From: Gemmatimonadales bacterium | GTDB taxonomy: Bacteria; Gemmatimonadota; Gemmatimonadetes; Gemmatimonadales; GWC2-71-9 | NCBI GenBank assembly: GCA_035710265.1 | Contig: DASTDR010000331.1 | Coordinates: 2,750 to 66,749 of the forward strand | DNA: 64,000 nt | Direction: 5' to 3' | Shown here: in pieces, positions 26,145-33,696 of the stretch | How the letters are laid out: every line of letters starts with the position of its first letter | Numbering within the stretch: position 1 is the first letter of the stretch | Notes under the pieces: model-generated | What the model saw: only the letters and a program-made list of their open reading frames with translations | Database searches by the model: none | What the model was told of the DNA's origin: nothing | Position numbers and translations under genes: made by a program

Positions 26145-26920
26145 AAGGCAGAATCTTCACCGTGGTGAGCGCGATGTTCGTGCTCACGGTGTGCAGCAAA
26201 GGTGATCAAGGCAACGCGGCACCGGCTCGTTCGGAGGACACCCCTCCCGCGGCGCCGGCGCCCGCGAACGGCGCAGCCGGTGGCACGATTGCCGGCAAGA
26301 TCAAGTTTACGGGCACCGCGCCGCGGAACCCGACGATCGACATGAGCGAGGAAGCCGCCTGCAAGGGCAAGCACAAGACCACGCCGACCGAGGAGAATGT
26401 GGTCGCGGGTCCGGCCAACGCGCTCGCCAACGTGTTCGTGTACGTGAAGTCGGGCGTCGCCGCCGGCCAGACATTCCCGGCCCCATCGGCGCCGGTGGTG
26501 CTGGATCAGGATGGGTGCCGCTACCATCCGCACGTGCTCGGCATCCGGGTCGGCCAGACGCTCGAGATCAGGAATTCCGACCCCGTCCTGCACAATATCA
26601 AAGCCGTCGCCAAGAAGAACCGCCCGTTCAACGTCAGCCAGCCGAGCGCCGGAATGAAGACGACCCGGACGTTCAGTGCGCCCGAGGTGATGGTGAATCT
26701 CGAGTGCAACGTGCACGGCTGGATGAAAGCGTACGTCGGGGTGCGGCCTGATCCGTTCTTCGCGGTGTCGGGCCAGGACGGCAGCTTCAAGATCGAAGGA
26801 CTGCCGCCCGGAACCTACGAGATCGAGGCGTGGCACGAGAAGTTCGGCACGCAGACCGCGACCGTGACGATCGCGGGCACCGAGAGCAAGACGGCCAACA
26901 TCACCTTCGCCGCGCGCTAG
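26141..26920 (+). CDS. lipoprotein with a type-1 copper (cupredoxin) site and a carboxypeptidase-regulatory-like beta-sandwich
   Basis: The lipobox is FVLTVCSKG. Candidate Cu ligands are the His in DPVLHNIK and C-x2-H-x2-M in LECNVHGWM, which is amicyanin-like spacing. The C-terminal segment is GSFKIEGLPPGTYEIEAWHEKFG. It is joined to the upstream gene by an ATGA overlap. Confidence 0.8.
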   Translation: MKGRIFTVVSAMFVLTVCSKGDQGNAAPARSEDTPPAAPAPANGAAGGTIAGKIKFTGTAPRNPTIDMSEEAACKGKHKTTPTEENVVAGPANALANVFVYVKSGVAAGQTFPAPSAPVVLDQDGCRYHPHVLGIRVGQTLEIRNSDPVLHNIKAVAKKNRPFNVSQPSAGMKTTRTFSAPEVMVNLECNVHGWMKAYVGVRPDPFFAVSGQDGSFKIEGLPPGTYEIEAWHEKFGTQTATVTIAGTESKTANITFAAR

Positions 26921-26937
26921 AGCGCGAGGAGATCTCG

Positions 26938-27609
26938 ATGCGTTGGTGGCTCCCCGACGCAGGATCGACGTTCGCCGGGCCGATCGACACGATGTTCACG
27001 GTGATTCTGATTCTCACCGGCATTGCGCTGGTCATCGTGGAGGTCGGCGTGGTGGCCTTCGTGATTCGCTACCGCGCGCGCCCGGGCCGGAGGGCGTTCT
27101 ACACGCACGGCTCGACGCGCGCGGAAGTGATTTGGACGGCGATCCCCGCCGTGACCATGATCGTGCTCGGTCTCGTGAGCAATCACTACTGGGTCATGAT
27201 GAAGGACAAGAAGAGCGTGCCGCCCAACGCGATTCCGCTGGGCGTGCACGGCAAGCAGTTCGAATGGATCATGTCCTACCCCGGGGCGGACGGGAAGCTC
27301 GGCTCGGACGACGACTTCACCGTGCGCAACCAGCTTCACATCCCCGTCAACCAGCCGGTCGCGATCCAGCTCACCGCGGAAGATGTGATTCACTCGTTCT
27401 TCGTGCCCGAGTTCCGCGTGAAGCAGGATGCGGTTCCCGGCATGAACATCACCGCCTGGTTCCAGGCGACCAAGACGGGTGAATTCGAGATCGGCTGCGC
27501 CGAGCTGTGCGGGATGGGACACTACAAGATGCGGGCGCGAGTGTTCGTGCATACGCCCGAGGAGTTCACGGCCTGGATGACCCAACAAGCCGCCGGAGGA
27601 GCCGAATGA
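26938..27609 (+). CDS. coxB: cytochrome c oxidase subunit II (CuA; no fused cytochrome c)
   Basis: The ATG at 26938 follows GAGGAG. It has two TM helices and the CuA motif HSFFVPEFRVKQDAVPGM...GCAELCGMGHYKM. Confidence 0.93.
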   Translation: MRWWLPDAGSTFAGPIDTMFTVILILTGIALVIVEVGVVAFVIRYRARPGRRAFYTHGSTRAEVIWTAIPAVTMIVLGLVSNHYWVMMKDKKSVPPNAIPLGVHGKQFEWIMSYPGADGKLGSDDDFTVRNQLHIPVNQPVAIQLTAEDVIHSFFVPEFRVKQDAVPGMNITAWFQATKTGEFEIGCAELCGMGHYKMRARVFVHTPEEFTAWMTQQAAGGAE

Positions 27610-29396
27610 CGAGCGTCGCGCACGCGAAGCACGATGCCCACGGAGGCTCGGGGGGGGGCCACCACGCGCCCATGAGCTTCTGGCAGAAATACGTTTTCTC
27701 CACCGATCACAAGATCATCGGCATCCAGTTCCTGTTCGTCAGCTTGTTCTTCCTGCTGGTCGGAGGAATCCTGGCGATGCAGATCCGCTGGCAGCTCGGC
27801 TTTCCGGGCAAGCCGATGCCGGGCGGCGGGATCCTGCCGGAAACGATGGCGCCGGGCGGCGTGATCCTGCCCGAGTACTACATCCAGCTCGTCACGATGC
27901 ACGGCACGTTCATGGTGTTCTTCGCCATCATGCCGCTGCTCGTCGGGGTCTACGCCAACTTCCTGATTCCGCTGAAGCTGGGTGCGCACGATATGGCGTT
28001 CCCGCGCATCAACATGTGGTCGTTCTGGCTCGCGCTGCTCGCGGGCCTGATCATGCTCGCGGGGTTTTTCGTGCCCGACGGCGCGCCGCGCGCCGGCTGG
28101 ACGATGTACACGCCGCTCTCGGCCCGTCCCGACCTCTCGGGCGCGACGCTGAGCCAGCAGCTCTGGTGCGTGTCGATCGTCGTGTTGGGCCTCTCGTCGG
28201 TCATGGGCTCGGTCAATTACATCACGACCGTCATCAATCACCGCGCGCCCGGCATGACCTGGTTCCGCATGCCGCTCTCGGTGTGGGCGCTGTTCATTAC
28301 CGCGATCCTGGGCGTGCTCGCGCTCCCGGTGCTCCAGGGCGCCGCGATCATGCTGCTGTTCGACCAGTCGATCGGCACCCACTTCTTCGATCCGACCGCC
28401 GGCGGCCAGGCGCTGCTGTGGCAGCACCTGTTCTGGTTCTTCGGCCATCCCGAGGTCTACATCCTGATCCTGCCCGCGATGGGCATGGTGTCGGACATCA
28501 TCGCCAACGGCAGTCGCAAACCGATCTTCGGCTATCACTCGATGGTTTTTGCGATCATCGGGATCGCGTTCCTGGGCTGGATCGTGTGGGGTCACCACAT
28601 GTTCATGAGCGGCATGAACCCGACGCTCGGGTCGACGTTCATGGTCTCGACCCTGCTCATCGCGGTACCGTCCGCCGTCAAGGTGTTCAACTGGATGGGC
28701 ACGATGTGGCGTGGAAACCTGCATTTCCACGTGCCGATGCTGAACGCGATCGGGTTCGTGTCGATGTTCACGATCGGCGGGCTGTCCGGCATCTTCATGG
28801 CCGCGACACCGGTGGACATTCCGATCCACGACACGCAGTTCATCGTCGCGCACATCCATTACGTGCTGTTCGGCGGCTCGCTGTTCGCGTTGTTCGCGGC
28901 GATCACGTTCTGGTATCCCAAGATGTTCGGCCGGGTGATGAACGAGCCGCTGGGCAAGGTGCACTTCTGGCTGACGATGATCGCCTACAATCTGACGTTT
29001 TTCCCGATGCACATCATTGGCATGGGCGGCCAGATGCGGCGGATCTACGATCCCACGATCTACGACTTCCTGAAGCCGCAGCAGCCGATGAACGAGTTCA
29101 TCTCCTACAGCGCGTTCGCCCTCTTCGCCGTGCAGTTCATCTTCGCGTTCAACTTCCTCTGGAGCTTGAAGGCGGGGAAAAAGGCCGAGCCGAATCCGTG
29201 GAACGACAACGGCCTGGAGTGGTCGCTGCCCAATCCCGCGCCCCACGGCAACTGGGCGCCGGCGACCCCGAACGTGTACCGCGGGCCGTACGAATTCAGC
29301 GCGCCCGAAGCGCCGGACACCGACTTCCTGCCGCAGACCAGGAAGCTGCCGACCGATCGCGATCCCGTACCCGCGACTCTCTCGGGAGGACACTGA
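27606..29396 (+). CDS. coxA: cytochrome c oxidase subunit I (haem-copper oxidase, A-type)
   Basis: 596 aa. Motifs include STDHKIIGIQFLF, WFFGHPEVYILILP and HHMF. It is joined to coxB by an ATGA overlap. Confidence 0.96.
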   Translation: MTSVAHAKHDAHGGSGGGHHAPMSFWQKYVFSTDHKIIGIQFLFVSLFFLLVGGILAMQIRWQLGFPGKPMPGGGILPETMAPGGVILPEYYIQLVTMHGTFMVFFAIMPLLVGVYANFLIPLKLGAHDMAFPRINMWSFWLALLAGLIMLAGFFVPDGAPRAGWTMYTPLSARPDLSGATLSQQLWCVSIVVLGLSSVMGSVNYITTVINHRAPGMTWFRMPLSVWALFITAILGVLALPVLQGAAIMLLFDQSIGTHFFDPTAGGQALLWQHLFWFFGHPEVYILILPAMGMVSDIIANGSRKPIFGYHSMVFAIIGIAFLGWIVWGHHMFMSGMNPTLGSTFMVSTLLIAVPSAVKVFNWMGTMWRGNLHFHVPMLNAIGFVSMFTIGGLSGIFMAATPVDIPIHDTQFIVAHIHYVLFGGSLFALFAAITFWYPKMFGRVMNEPLGKVHFWLTMIAYNLTFFPMHIIGMGGQMRRIYDPTIYDFLKPQQPMNEFISYSAFALFAVQFIFAFNFLWSLKAGKKAEPNPWNDNGLEWSLPNPAPHGNWAPATPNVYRGPYEFSAPEAPDTDFLPQTRKLPTDRDPVPATLSGGH

Positions 29397-29397
29397 C

Positions 29398-30117
29398 GTG
29401 GCCAGTACCGCGATGACCGACGCGATGCGGCCGCCGTACCCGGCCGAGACGGGAGCGGGGGTATACAGCAACAAGCTGGGCATGTGGGTCTTCCTGGCCA
29501 GCGACGTGATGTTCTTCACGGCGCTGATCGGCTCCTACATCGTGCTGCGGTTCGGGATGACGGACGTGTGGGCCCAGCCCGGCGCGGTCTTGAACGTGCC
29601 GCTCACGGCGTTCAACACGTTCCTGCTGATTTGCTCGTCGGTATCGATGGTGAAGGCGTACGCCGCCATTCAGGACGGCAAGACGTACTTCCTGCGGAAG
29701 ATTCCCGGACAGGCGCTGCAGGACGGCGGTCTCAAGTTCTGGATGCTCGTGACCATTGTGTGCGGCGCGGCGTTCGTCGGCGTGCAGGTCTACGAGTACA
29801 TCAAACTGGTCGAGCACGGCTTCACGCCCGCCGGATTCCGCGAAGGCTCGCAGCTCGCCGAGCACGCCGCGACCGACGCGGTCAAATACGGCGCCGCGAC
29901 GGCCGGGATGTATGGATCCACCTTCTTCACGATGACGGGCTTCCACGGCTTCCACGTCACGTGCGGTGTGGTCAGCATGCTGTATCTGTACTTCACGAAG
30001 GTCTTGCCGGAGAAGTACTCGTCGCAGGATTATCGCGGCATCGAGGTGATCGGGTTGTACTGGCATTTCGTCGATCTGGTCTGGATCATCCTGTTCACCA
30101 TCGTCTACCTGGTTTGA
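29398..30117 (+). CDS. coxC: cytochrome c oxidase subunit III
   Basis: 239 aa with a GTG start 1 nt after the coxA stop. Motifs include GMWVFLASDVMFF.. and ..FHGFHV..GLYWHFVDLVWI... Confidence 0.92.
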   Translation: MASTAMTDAMRPPYPAETGAGVYSNKLGMWVFLASDVMFFTALIGSYIVLRFGMTDVWAQPGAVLNVPLTAFNTFLLICSSVSMVKAYAAIQDGKTYFLRKIPGQALQDGGLKFWMLVTIVCGAAFVGVQVYEYIKLVEHGFTPAGFREGSQLAEHAATDAVKYGAATAGMYGSTFFTMTGFHGFHVTCGVVSMLYLYFTKVLPEKYSSQDYRGIEVIGLYWHFVDLVWIILFTIVYLV

Positions 30118-30126
30118 GGGCGAACC

Positions 30127-30420
30127 ATGACAACGACGACCCCGGCAACGTCCACGCACCGCCGGCCGAACTACATGCTGATCTGGCTGTACCTCTTCGT
30201 CATGACGGTGATCGAGGTCGGCGTGGCATTCATCTCGGGCCTGCCCAAACACTGGCTGCTCATCATCCTGCTGTTCCTCGCGATCTGGAAGGCGCTGCTC
30301 GTCGCGTTGTTCTTCATGCATCTCAAGTTCGAGCGCTGGCGGCTGCGCCTGATCTTCATCATCCCGCTGCCGTTGGCGCTGATCCTCATCACCGCCGGGA
30401 TCCTGGAGAAGATCTGGTAG
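30127..30420 (+). CDS. cytochrome c oxidase subunit IV (prokaryotic small subunit)
   Basis: 97 aa with three TM helices. The ..LVALFFMHLKFE.. motif is typical of the bacterial CoxIV/CyoD family. Confidence 0.85.
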   Translation: MTTTTPATSTHRRPNYMLIWLYLFVMTVIEVGVAFISGLPKHWLLIILLFLAIWKALLVALFFMHLKFERWRLRLIFIIPLPLALILITAGILEKIW

Positions 30421-31268
30421 CGTCGTCGCTGCTCGAGCTGACGAAGCCGCGCATCACGCAGCTGGTGTTGCTCACCGCCGCGACCGGGTTCTACCTCGGC
30501 GCGAACGGGCGAGTGGACATGCTGCTGCTCGCCAACACGTTGCTCGGCACCGCCCTCGTCGCGGCGGGGACGAACGCGTGGAACCAGATCCGCGAGCGCG
30601 ACGTGGACGCGCGGATGGCGCGCACGCGCCGCCGCCCGTTGCCGTCCGGCCGGCTCACGCTCCAGGCCGCGACGTGGTTCGCGTCCGGGATTACGGCGGC
30701 GGGCGTCGGATACCTGGCGGCCACCGTGAATGTGGTGACGGCGCTGCTCGCCGCACTCACGTTCGCGACCTATGTCCTGTTGTATACGCCGCTCAAGCGC
30801 AGGTCGACGTTGAACACGCTGGTGGGGGCGGTACCCGGTGCGCTGCCGATCGTCGGCGGCTGGACCGCCGCCGGTGGCCACCTGGGCGCGGGCGTCGCGG
30901 CATTGTTCTGGATCCTGTTCCTGTGGCAGCTGCCCCACTTCCTCGCACTCGCCTGGTTGTACCGCGAAGACTATCGGGCCGGCGGCCTGCGGATGCTCAG
31001 CGTAGACGATGAAACCGGCGCCGATACGGGGCGCATGGCGATGCTGTACGCCGTCGCGCTCCTGCCGATCAGCCTGATGCCGACGCTGCTCGGTGTCACG
31101 GGGCCGTTGTACTTCTTCGGCGCGTTGGCGCTCGGCGTATTGTACGTCGCGGCGGGAACGGGACTGCTCGTCGGCGCAACGCCCCCGCGCGCCTGGCGCC
31201 TTTTTTTCGTTTCGATTCTGTATCTGCCTGCGCTGCTCACCTTGATGGTGCTCGACAAAGCGGCGTAA
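30414..31268 (+). CDS. ctaB: protohaem IX farnesyltransferase (haem O synthase); start probably non-canonical
   Basis: The protein is UbiA-family (..LELTKPRITQLVLLTAATG.., ..NQIRERDVDARMARTRRRPLPSG.., ..LWQLPHFLALAW..). No ATG, GTG or TTG lies between the coxIV stop region and the conserved LTKPRI motif. In-frame CTG codons are at 30414 and 30429. The track start at 29484 runs through coxC and coxD. Confidence 0.85.
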   Translation: MVASSLLELTKPRITQLVLLTAATGFYLGANGRVDMLLLANTLLGTALVAAGTNAWNQIRERDVDARMARTRRRPLPSGRLTLQAATWFASGITAAGVGYLAATVNVVTALLAALTFATYVLLYTPLKRRSTLNTLVGAVPGALPIVGGWTAAGGHLGAGVAALFWILFLWQLPHFLALAWLYREDYRAGGLRMLSVDDETGADTGRMAMLYAVALLPISLMPTLLGVTGPLYFFGALALGVLYVAAGTGLLVGATPPRAWRLFFVSILYLPALLTLMVLDKAA

Positions 31269-31299
31269 GCCCAACCCCGTCGACCCACTCCCTCCCGGC

Positions 31300-31467
31300 A
31301 TGATTCCGTTTCACCGCATCCTCATCACCACGGGCATCATCTTCTGCGCCGGCTTTGCCGCGTGGTCGCTGTGGCGCGAACAGCTCGTTCTGGGGATCGG
31401 GTTCGGGGTCCTGGGGCTGGCCCTTACCTACTACCTATGGCACTTGCGTAGATTCATCGGACGATGA
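31300..31467 (+). CDS. small two-TM membrane protein (55 aa), unknown function
   Basis: ATG at 31300 and TGA at 31465-31467. The sequence is MIPFHRILITTGIIFCAGFAAWSLWREQLVLGIGFGVLGLALTYYLWHLRRFIGR. It is below the ORF-track length cutoff. Its third-position GC is typical of the window. Confidence 0.5.
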   Translation: MIPFHRILITTGIIFCAGFAAWSLWREQLVLGIGFGVLGLALTYYLWHLRRFIGR

Positions 31468-31586
31468 CGCATGATCATGACTTCATCTATTTCCTGAGCT
31501 CGTTGCTCATTGTCGCGTTGCCACTGACCGTCTTTGGAGTGCTGACATATCTCGTCCTGAAGGGGTACCGGAAAAGGGAGCAGTAG
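31464..31586 (+). CDS. small single-TM membrane protein (40 aa), unknown function
   Basis: It is joined to the preceding small ORF by an ATGA overlap. The sequence is MTHDHDFIYFLSSLLIVALPLTVFGVLTYLVLKGYRKREQ. Confidence 0.45.
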   Translation: MTHDHDFIYFLSSLLIVALPLTVFGVLTYLVLKGYRKREQ

Positions 31587-31622
31587 CAAATCCCGCTCCC
31601 TGCTCCCGATTAGATTGATCCA

Positions 31623-32699
31623 ATGCCCGAGTCGAAATCCGAAAAACGTCAGGTCGTTCGCTACGCCTTCTACAAGCTCGACCCCGCGTGGCGTCGCCTC
31701 ACCTCGGATCGGCAGGCGTCCGCCAAGCTCGAGTTCGGCGAAACGCTCGAGCGCTATCACGGCCGGCTGCTGCTGCGTCCGTACGGGCTCGTTGGCATTC
31801 GGGGCGATACCGACTTTCTGCTGTGGCAGGTGGCCGAGGATCTGGACGCGCTGGTCGAGCTCCAGACAGCCCTGAATCGCACCGACCTCGGCGCGTATGT
31901 GTCGATCCCGTACAGCTACCTCGCCATGACGCGCCGCTCCATTTACGAATTCCCGGCAGATCCGAATCACGAGCAGCGGCTGGTCATCCAGCCGAGCGCT
32001 GCCAAGTACCTGTTCGTATATCCGTTCATCAAGACGCGCCCCTGGTACTCGCTGCCGAAGCCCGAACGCCAGCGGATGATGGACGAGCACGTTCGCATCG
32101 GGCGGAAGTACCCCACGATCCGGCTGAACACGACGTACTCGTACGGACTCGACGATCAGGAGTTCATCGTCGCGTTCGAGGGCGACAATCCGGGCCTATT
32201 CCTGGATCTGGTGATGGAGCTGCGCGAGAGCGAGGCCTCGGCCTACACGTTGCGCGACACCCCGACGTTCACGTGCGTGCAGATGTCGCTCTGGGACATG
32301 CTGGACACGCTGGGGGGAGCCGGAGCCGCGGAGCACGTCAGCCGCCGGCCGCCGCGCGAGGACGGGTTTACGCCCGTCGGATCGCTTTCGGATCTCCCCC
32401 CGGGCTCGGCAAAACGGGTGTATGCCGCGAACGACGCGGTGGCGCTGTTCAACGTCAACGGCACGGTGTACGCGGTCGCCAACCGCTGCACGCACGCGCG
32501 CGCCAGCCTGTCCGAAGGCACCGTGGATTCAAGCCGCTGTGCGGTGACATGCCCGTGGCACGAAGGGGTGTTCTCGCTGGAGACAGGCCAGGTGTTGGGT
32601 GGGCCGCCGGTGCACGCGGTCGCCACGTACCAGGTGAAGATCGACGGCGACACGATTCTCATCGCTCACGCAGAGGCGCAAGGTCTCACGGTTTCTTAA
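31623..32699 (+). CDS. hemQ: coprohaem decarboxylase (HemQ/ChdC, chlorite-dismutase family) fused to a C-terminal Rieske [2Fe-2S] domain
   Basis: 358 aa. The N-terminal ~250 aa are Cld/HemQ-like (..YAFYKLDPAWRRL.., ..YLFVYPFIKTRPWYSLP..ERQRMMDEH..IRLNTTYSYGLDDQEFIVAFE..). The C-terminal ~100 aa carry C-T-H-x18-C-P-W-H (CTHARASLSEGTVDSSRCAVTCPWH). Confidence 0.85.
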   Translation: MPESKSEKRQVVRYAFYKLDPAWRRLTSDRQASAKLEFGETLERYHGRLLLRPYGLVGIRGDTDFLLWQVAEDLDALVELQTALNRTDLGAYVSIPYSYLAMTRRSIYEFPADPNHEQRLVIQPSAAKYLFVYPFIKTRPWYSLPKPERQRMMDEHVRIGRKYPTIRLNTTYSYGLDDQEFIVAFEGDNPGLFLDLVMELRESEASAYTLRDTPTFTCVQMSLWDMLDTLGGAGAAEHVSRRPPREDGFTPVGSLSDLPPGSAKRVYAANDAVALFNVNGTVYAVANRCTHARASLSEGTVDSSRCAVTCPWHEGVFSLETGQVLGGPPVHAVATYQVKIDGDTILIAHAEAQGLTVS

Positions 32700-32742
32700 G
32701 GCGTGCCGCCGGGAGCGCACCGACGTCACACCCGTCTGGTTC

Positions 32743-33696
32743 ATGCGGCAGGCCGGCCGCTACATGCCGCAGTACCGCAAACTTCGCAAACGCCATTCCA
32801 TCCTCGATCTCTGTCATCGTCCGGAGCTGGCGGCCGCGGTAACGCTTCAGCCCGTCGAGCGCCTGGGCGTCGATGCCGCGATCATCTTTGCCGACATCCT
32901 GCTCCCGTTCGAGCCGCTGCGGCTCGGACTGCGGTTCGAAGCCGGTGCAGGGCCGAAGATCGACCGCCCGATTCGTGATGCGGCGGATGTCGAGCGGCTC
33001 CCGGCATTCAGCATCGACGCCGAGTTGGGCTATGTGTGTGACGCGATCCGGCTCGCGCGCGGCGCCTTGCCCGACGATGTGCCGCTCATCGGGTTTGCCG
33101 GCGCGCCGTTTACCCTTGCGAGCTACGCGATCGAAGGCGGCGCGAGCCGCACGTTCACGAAGACCAAGCAGTTCATGTACCAGGCACCTGACGCCTGGCA
33201 CTCGCTGCTGAGCAAGCTCGCCGACGTTGTCGGCAACTACCTCGCCGCGCAGGCACGTGCTGGAGCGCAGGCGCTGCAGTTGTTCGACAGCTGGGCCGGC
33301 TGTCTCTCACCCGACGACTACCGCGCGTATGCGGCGCCGCACAGCAAACGCGCCCTGACGCTCGCCGCCGGTGCAGGGGTTCCGCTCATCCATTTCGGGA
33401 CGGGCACGGCCACATTCCTCGAGGATTTCGCCGGCGCGGGCGGGGATGTGATCAGCGTCGACTGGCGGATTCCGCTCGATGCCGCATGGGCCCGGATCGG
33501 CCGGCGGGCGATTCAGGGCAATCTCGAGCCTGCGGTGCTGCTCGCGCCCGCCGCGGAACGCGATCGCCGGGTGCGCGACATTCTCAAACGTGCCGGCGGG
33601 AAGCCGGGCCACATTTTCAACCTGGGTCATGGCGTGCTGCCGGAGACGGATGTCGACGCGGTCCGCGCTGTAGTCGATCTCGTGCATGACGGCTGA
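32743..33696 (+). CDS. hemE: uroporphyrinogen decarboxylase (minimal ORF; the conserved N-terminus continues upstream to about 32689 without a start codon)
   Basis: The protein begins MRQAGRYMPQYRKLR... and is HemE-like throughout. In-frame upstream codons read RFLKACRRERTDVTPVWF, which is the canonical HemE N-terminus. Confidence 0.9.
   Translation: MRQAGRYMPQYRKLRKRHSILDLCHRPELAAAVTLQPVERLGVDAAIIFADILLPFEPLRLGLRFEAGAGPKIDRPIRDAADVERLPAFSIDAELGYVCDAIRLARGALPDDVPLIGFAGAPFTLASYAIEGGASRTFTKTKQFMYQAPDAWHSLLSKLADVVGNYLAAQARAGAQALQLFDSWAGCLSPDDYRAYAAPHSKRALTLAAGAGVPLIHFGTGTATFLEDFAGAGGDVISVDWRIPLDAAWARIGRRAIQGNLEPAVLLAPAAERDRRVRDILKRAGGKPGHIFNLGHGVLPETDVDAVRAVVDLVHDG

Noticed and set aside
27650-27658. 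G8-G9 homopolymer tracts inside coding regions (27650-27658 in coxA, 24266-24273 in the monohaem cytochrome, 5583-5590 in metH) as phase-variation switches
   Set aside because: All are in frame and encode Gly-Gly-Gly in loop or N-terminal regions of essential-type genes. They are more likely ordinary high-GC codon runs, though they are potential sequencing-error hotspots.
29484-30413. Long N-terminal extensions suggested by the ORF track (29484 for ctaB, 34102 for hemY, 9245 for the ATP-grasp gene, 24408, 25853, 26830, 27507, 17073, 13055, 20009, 870..2153)
   Set aside because: The extensions run through upstream genes in another frame and are Arg/Pro-rich. Downstream internal starts give proper signal peptides or N-terminal motifs, usually in 4-nt stop/start overlaps.
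27522-31301. Minus-strand ORFs 27522..29519, 29296..30321 and 30171..31301 opposite the cox genes and ctaB
   Set aside because: They are antisense to canonical cytochrome oxidase subunits. The pattern is a high-GC artefact.
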